From: an uncultured Planctomycetaceae bacterium
GTDB lineage: Bacteria; Planctomycetota; Planctomycetia; Isosphaerales; Isosphaeraceae
Direction of reading: 5' to 3'
NCBI GenBank assembly: GCA_963833985.1
Contig: CAWIAD010000002.1
Coordinates: forward strand, 5,728,001-5,792,000
Length of the DNA stretch: 64,000 bases
Under the pieces are notes generated by a model. It did no database searches. It saw only the letters and a list, made by a program, of their open reading frames with translations, and was not told the origin of the DNA. Of this stretch, positions 60,820 through 64,000 are shown one piece after another. Both the position numbers and the translations under genes were made by a program. Positions within the stretch are counted from its first letter, which is position 1; each line of letters starts with the position of its first letter.

Positions 60820-62498
60820 TCAGCGTGATTCCGGCTGCCTGGCCGGCTCATGAACCAGGGCGCGAATGCGCGCCATCACCGGTGAAAAATCATCACTGGC
60901 GATGATCGCTTCGATGAGGAACGCTCCCACATGGCTCTCAGCCGCGGCCAGCGCTGCGTCCAGCTCGGCTACGTTCGTCACGCGCTGGGCGCGCGCACCA
61001 GCGCCCTGGCCAGGGCCGCATAGTCCCAGCTCCGCCGGTCGTAATCGGTGCGGGGGCGGTCAATGGCAGCGAGCATGCCGTAGCTGCTATTGTTGAGCAG
61101 CAGCACGATGGGCGCCAGTCCCTGGTCCACCATCGTCGCCAGCTCGGTTCCCGTCATCTGGAAGGCCCCATCGCCGACGATGGCAAACGGCCTGCGCGCT
61201 GGGTCGGCCATGCCGGCTCCCAGCGCGGCGGGGACGGCAAACCCCATCGAGGCATAGTAGCCCGCTGCCAGGAAAACCTCGGTGCGCAGCTCCAGCGCGA
61301 TGAACCAGCTATCGCCCACGTCGGCCGTGAAGCTGTACCGCGTGGTGTCCAGCTTCTTGAGCGCTCCAAGAATGTCCGCCACACGCAGAGGAGGAGGCGA
61401 GGCAAGGCCCGTATCCGCAAGGGCTCGCTCATTCACCGCGAGCGGCAACGCGACGGTCCGGTCGAATTGCGGTGCGGTGCGGTCGCTGGGGGGCAGCCGC
61501 TCGAGCAAGGCCTCGACCACCTGGCGAATCGCCAGCCCTTCATATCGGTGGAACCGCACGCGCACGCCGTCCGGATCGATCAGGATGCGCGCCTTGGGAT
61601 TGATGCGCTCGGTCCAGAAGCCCGTTCCCAGGTCGGTTCGTACGACACCGATGCCGAGGATGCAGTCAGAGCCGTCGAGCAGGTCGCGGACCATCGGGTC
61701 GCCCAGCGCGCCCATGTAAACGCCGGCGAACTGGGGATGGCTTTCAGGAATCGCCGCCTTGCCCAGCACATCGGTTGCCACCGGCAGCCGTAGCCGCTCG
61801 GCCAGGCGCACGACCAGCTCCGTGAGACCGTGCCGGCGCAGGCCGACTCCCACGTAGAGTGCCGGTCGCTGGGCCGCGGCCAGCATGCTCTGGATCTCGG
61901 CCACCAGCTCGTCGAGCGCCTCGGACTGGGCCCGCCGCGCCTCGGGGTCCAGCTCGAAGACCAGCCGGTTCGCGGGCGCGTCCACCGGCACATTCACGCG
62001 GTCGCGGGGGATCTCGAGATAGCCCGGCCGCTTGTGACGGACGACGTTGCGGATCACCCGGTCGATCGTCTCGGGCGCCGAGGCGGGATCATCCAGAATC
62101 GCCGCGTCGATGGTCACCTCGCGGAAGATCTGTAACTGGCTCTCGTAGGTCTTGACCACGTGATGCAGGTGGACCTCGTGCTCGCCCCGGCGCAAGGTCA
62201 TCTCAGGCCCGCCGCTGACCACAAGCAGGGGCGACTGCTCGGCATACGCACATGCCACCGGGTTGAGCGCGTTGAGTGCACCCGGACCATAGGTCAAGAG
62301 TGCCACGCCCAGCCCGCGCAGCCGTGCATAGGCATCGGCCGCAAAGCCAGCACCCGGCTCGTGGCAGCAGACCACCGTGGGGAACCCGATCGCCTCCTGC
62401 ACCGCGTAAACCGGAAGGACAAAGTCGCCCGGGATGCCGAAGGTGTGTCCGACACCCAGCTCGCGGAGGCGCTGAAAGAGGTATTCGGTCAGGTTCAT
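60820..62498 (-). CDS. TPP-dependent alpha-keto acid (indolepyruvate/phenylpyruvate-type) decarboxylase; frameshift near 60998
   Basis: FGIPGDF, AADAYAR, LHH and GDGAFQMTG...NN. The true C-terminus ELDAALAAAE...FLIEAII...PESR* is in another frame. Confidence 0.9.
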
Positions 62499-62663
62499 CA
62501 GCCGGCTGTGGTCCTGCTTGCCGCCGGAAGCGGAATGGCGACGACGCCACTCCTCAGGACCATCATAGAGAGTCGAGCCCGGACTTGAAACGGATCTGGA
62601 TGCCCGGGCCGCCGGGCGGGTTTCTTGCAGGCTGTCCGTGTGTGGGCCGCGCTCGCGCTGCGA

Positions 62664-62912
62664 TCAATGCACCGACGGGTTGCTGGTGCTCAGTTGAAGA
62701 TCGTCCGGGACCCAACTCTGAACCGTGCTGGGCACCGCAAGACCCAACCAGGCGTCGGATTCCCTGCGGATTGGCTGGCCGCGAGAGATCCGATCCCAGC
62801 CGGCGTCGATATTGATGAACCCGAACATCCGGGCGAAGCGAACCTGGCGGTAATAGGCGTACCAGGTTTGTCGGGCCCGGTCTCTCGTCCGTCGGCTGCG
62901 TTGTGCGTCCAT
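62664..62912 (-). CDS. Small hypothetical protein
   Basis: 82-aa ORF with non-random WYAYYRQVRFARMFGFINID core; fills an otherwise empty gap. Confidence 0.45.
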   Translation of the reverse strand: MDAQRSRRTRDRARQTWYAYYRQVRFARMFGFINIDAGWDRISRGQPIRRESDAWLGLAVPSTVQSWVPDDLQLSTSNPSVH

Positions 62913-63268
62913 GATCGTGCGTCCCGAGGTTTGCTGAGGTTTCGAACGGTAGTCGTCCTGACTGCGGGCGTGTTCATTGCTCCTCTATCAAAAAATCTAC
63001 GTTCTGTTTCCGGAAAACATGAAAAAAGTGCACGTCAGGAATTTCCTGGTCCGTCAAGCGGCCCTACGATCCGGCCAGCCTGGTGAAACGGGGTAAGCTG
63101 GGTGATTGCAAGGTCCGATCACCATAGGATCCCCAATTTCTCCCGGACAAGCACTTTGCGCCCATGCCGAGGGCTGAGGAGCGATACGGAACCACGGGGT
63201 TCCGCTCCCTTGTTGCGTGAAGAGGACGCAAGCGGCCGGCTGCGTTGGCCACAGGCCGCGAAACGAAC

Positions 63269-63326
63269 GAAGGCCGGCGCTCTCCACGCGGCATGGCTGG
63301 CATGCCTGGTGGAAAGCTCGGCCTTC
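63269..63326 (-). terminator. Stem-loop downstream of the metalloprotease gene
   Basis: gaaggccg...tccac / gtgga...cggccttc stem, followed on the minus strand by GTTCGTTT. Confidence 0.55.
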
Positions 63327-63369
63327 AGGCGGGCGAAGGAACGGCTCGATCGAGGCCGCCCCGCGTGGA

Positions 63370-64000
63370 TCAGGGCTCGTTGGCGTTCAGGTTGGCCTTC
63401 AGCACCCGCTCGGTTCGGTGCTTGATTTCCTTGAGGTGGGCCAGCGCGGTGTCATCGATCTTGAGATCCTTCTGAGCGATCAGCTTGTCGATCTTCTGGC
63501 CAAGCTCCTCAAGGTGCAGCCGCGCCAGGTTCTTGGCGTCCGGTGGGGCGGTTCCCGCGTTACCATAGAAGACGATATAGCGGTAGCTTTGCCCGTAGTA
63601 CGACTGGCTCTTCGGACCCAGCACCATCTCGCTGAGCCGCTTGATGTACTCGCGCTGGAGGTTGCGGCGGATGGTCGAGATGGTGAAGGGTGAGGAGCCA
63701 CTGGGGGCGGCCAGCTCGGTGAAGATACCGTCGGAGAGGACCCGGAAGATCTCGGCGATCTTGAGAGAATCCGCGCCCGGGTCGCTTTGTAGCTCCTGGT
63801 TCTGGATGCGCTGGAGCACCCCCGAGTCGAGGCACTGGTCGAGCACGATCTCCTGGATGTTGAGGATTGCCCGGAAGACCGGGTAATCATTGCTTCCGTA
63901 GGAGGAGTAGCGGCTGTCCTGCCACGCCTCGGTGATCAGCTTGCGAAGCAAGGCCGGTGAGAACTGGAACGCCTTGTCGGAAAGAATCTGCTCGGTGAGC
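63370..64000 (-). CDS. C-terminal part of a zinc-dependent metalloprotease (DUF4953-like); 5' end outside the window
   Basis: FQFSPALLRKL, ISTIRRNLQREYI and TALAHL. The catalytic motif is not in the window. Confidence 0.7.
   Translation of the reverse strand, partial: LTEQILSDKAFQFSPALLRKLITEAWQDSRYSSYGSNDYPVFRAILNIQEIVLDQCLDSGVLQRIQNQELQSDPGADSLKIAEIFRVLSDGIFTELAAPSGSSPFTISTIRRNLQREYIKRLSEMVLGPKSQSYYGQSYRYIVFYGNAGTAPPDAKNLARLHLEELGQKIDKLIAQKDLKIDDTALAHLKEIKHRTERVLKANLNANEP

Noticed and set aside
62910..62945. c-di-GMP-I-like GCAAACC...GGGACGCA on the minus strand
   Set aside because: No GNRA-capped P2 stem and no P3 receptor.
63020..63135. RNase P RNA-like words (GGTGAAACGGGGTAA...GCAAGG...ATAGG)
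   Set aside because: No GAGGAAAGTCC or AGAACCCGGCTTA P4 halves, and the segment is far too short.

Overview
High-GC bacterial chromosomal window, almost certainly from Planctomycetota and probably Isosphaeraceae-like. The evidence is a DUF1559 prepilin-like gene, two ECF sigma/Ser-Thr kinase pairs, a PVC-type CxxCH protein and an LExRxLL-motif secreted protease. About 40 genes are present, dominated by secreted peptidases (S9 x2, M61, S53, M1-ABC fusion, M16, zinc metalloprotease), glycoside hydrolases (GH33, GH127, GH13), Tat-exported oxidoreductases and a lipoprotein-DUF1559-TPR/CRTAC1-multiheme cytochrome cluster. I found no rRNA, tRNA, CRISPR array, transposase or integrase. At least 7 genes carry single-base frameshifts, most likely long-read assembly errors. 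The most striking feature is a compact GNAT toxin / hybrid AbrB-DUF1778 antitoxin cassette with its own promoter and operator. It lies between two 112-bp, about 85% identical copies of the 3' end of a Ser/Thr kinase gene, and both copies look protein-selected. This suggests recombinase-free insertion by 3'-end replacement. A second intergenic site (19.9-20.7 kb) holds several decayed toxin-antitoxin fragments. All family calls come from motif recognition by eye; no database searches were run.
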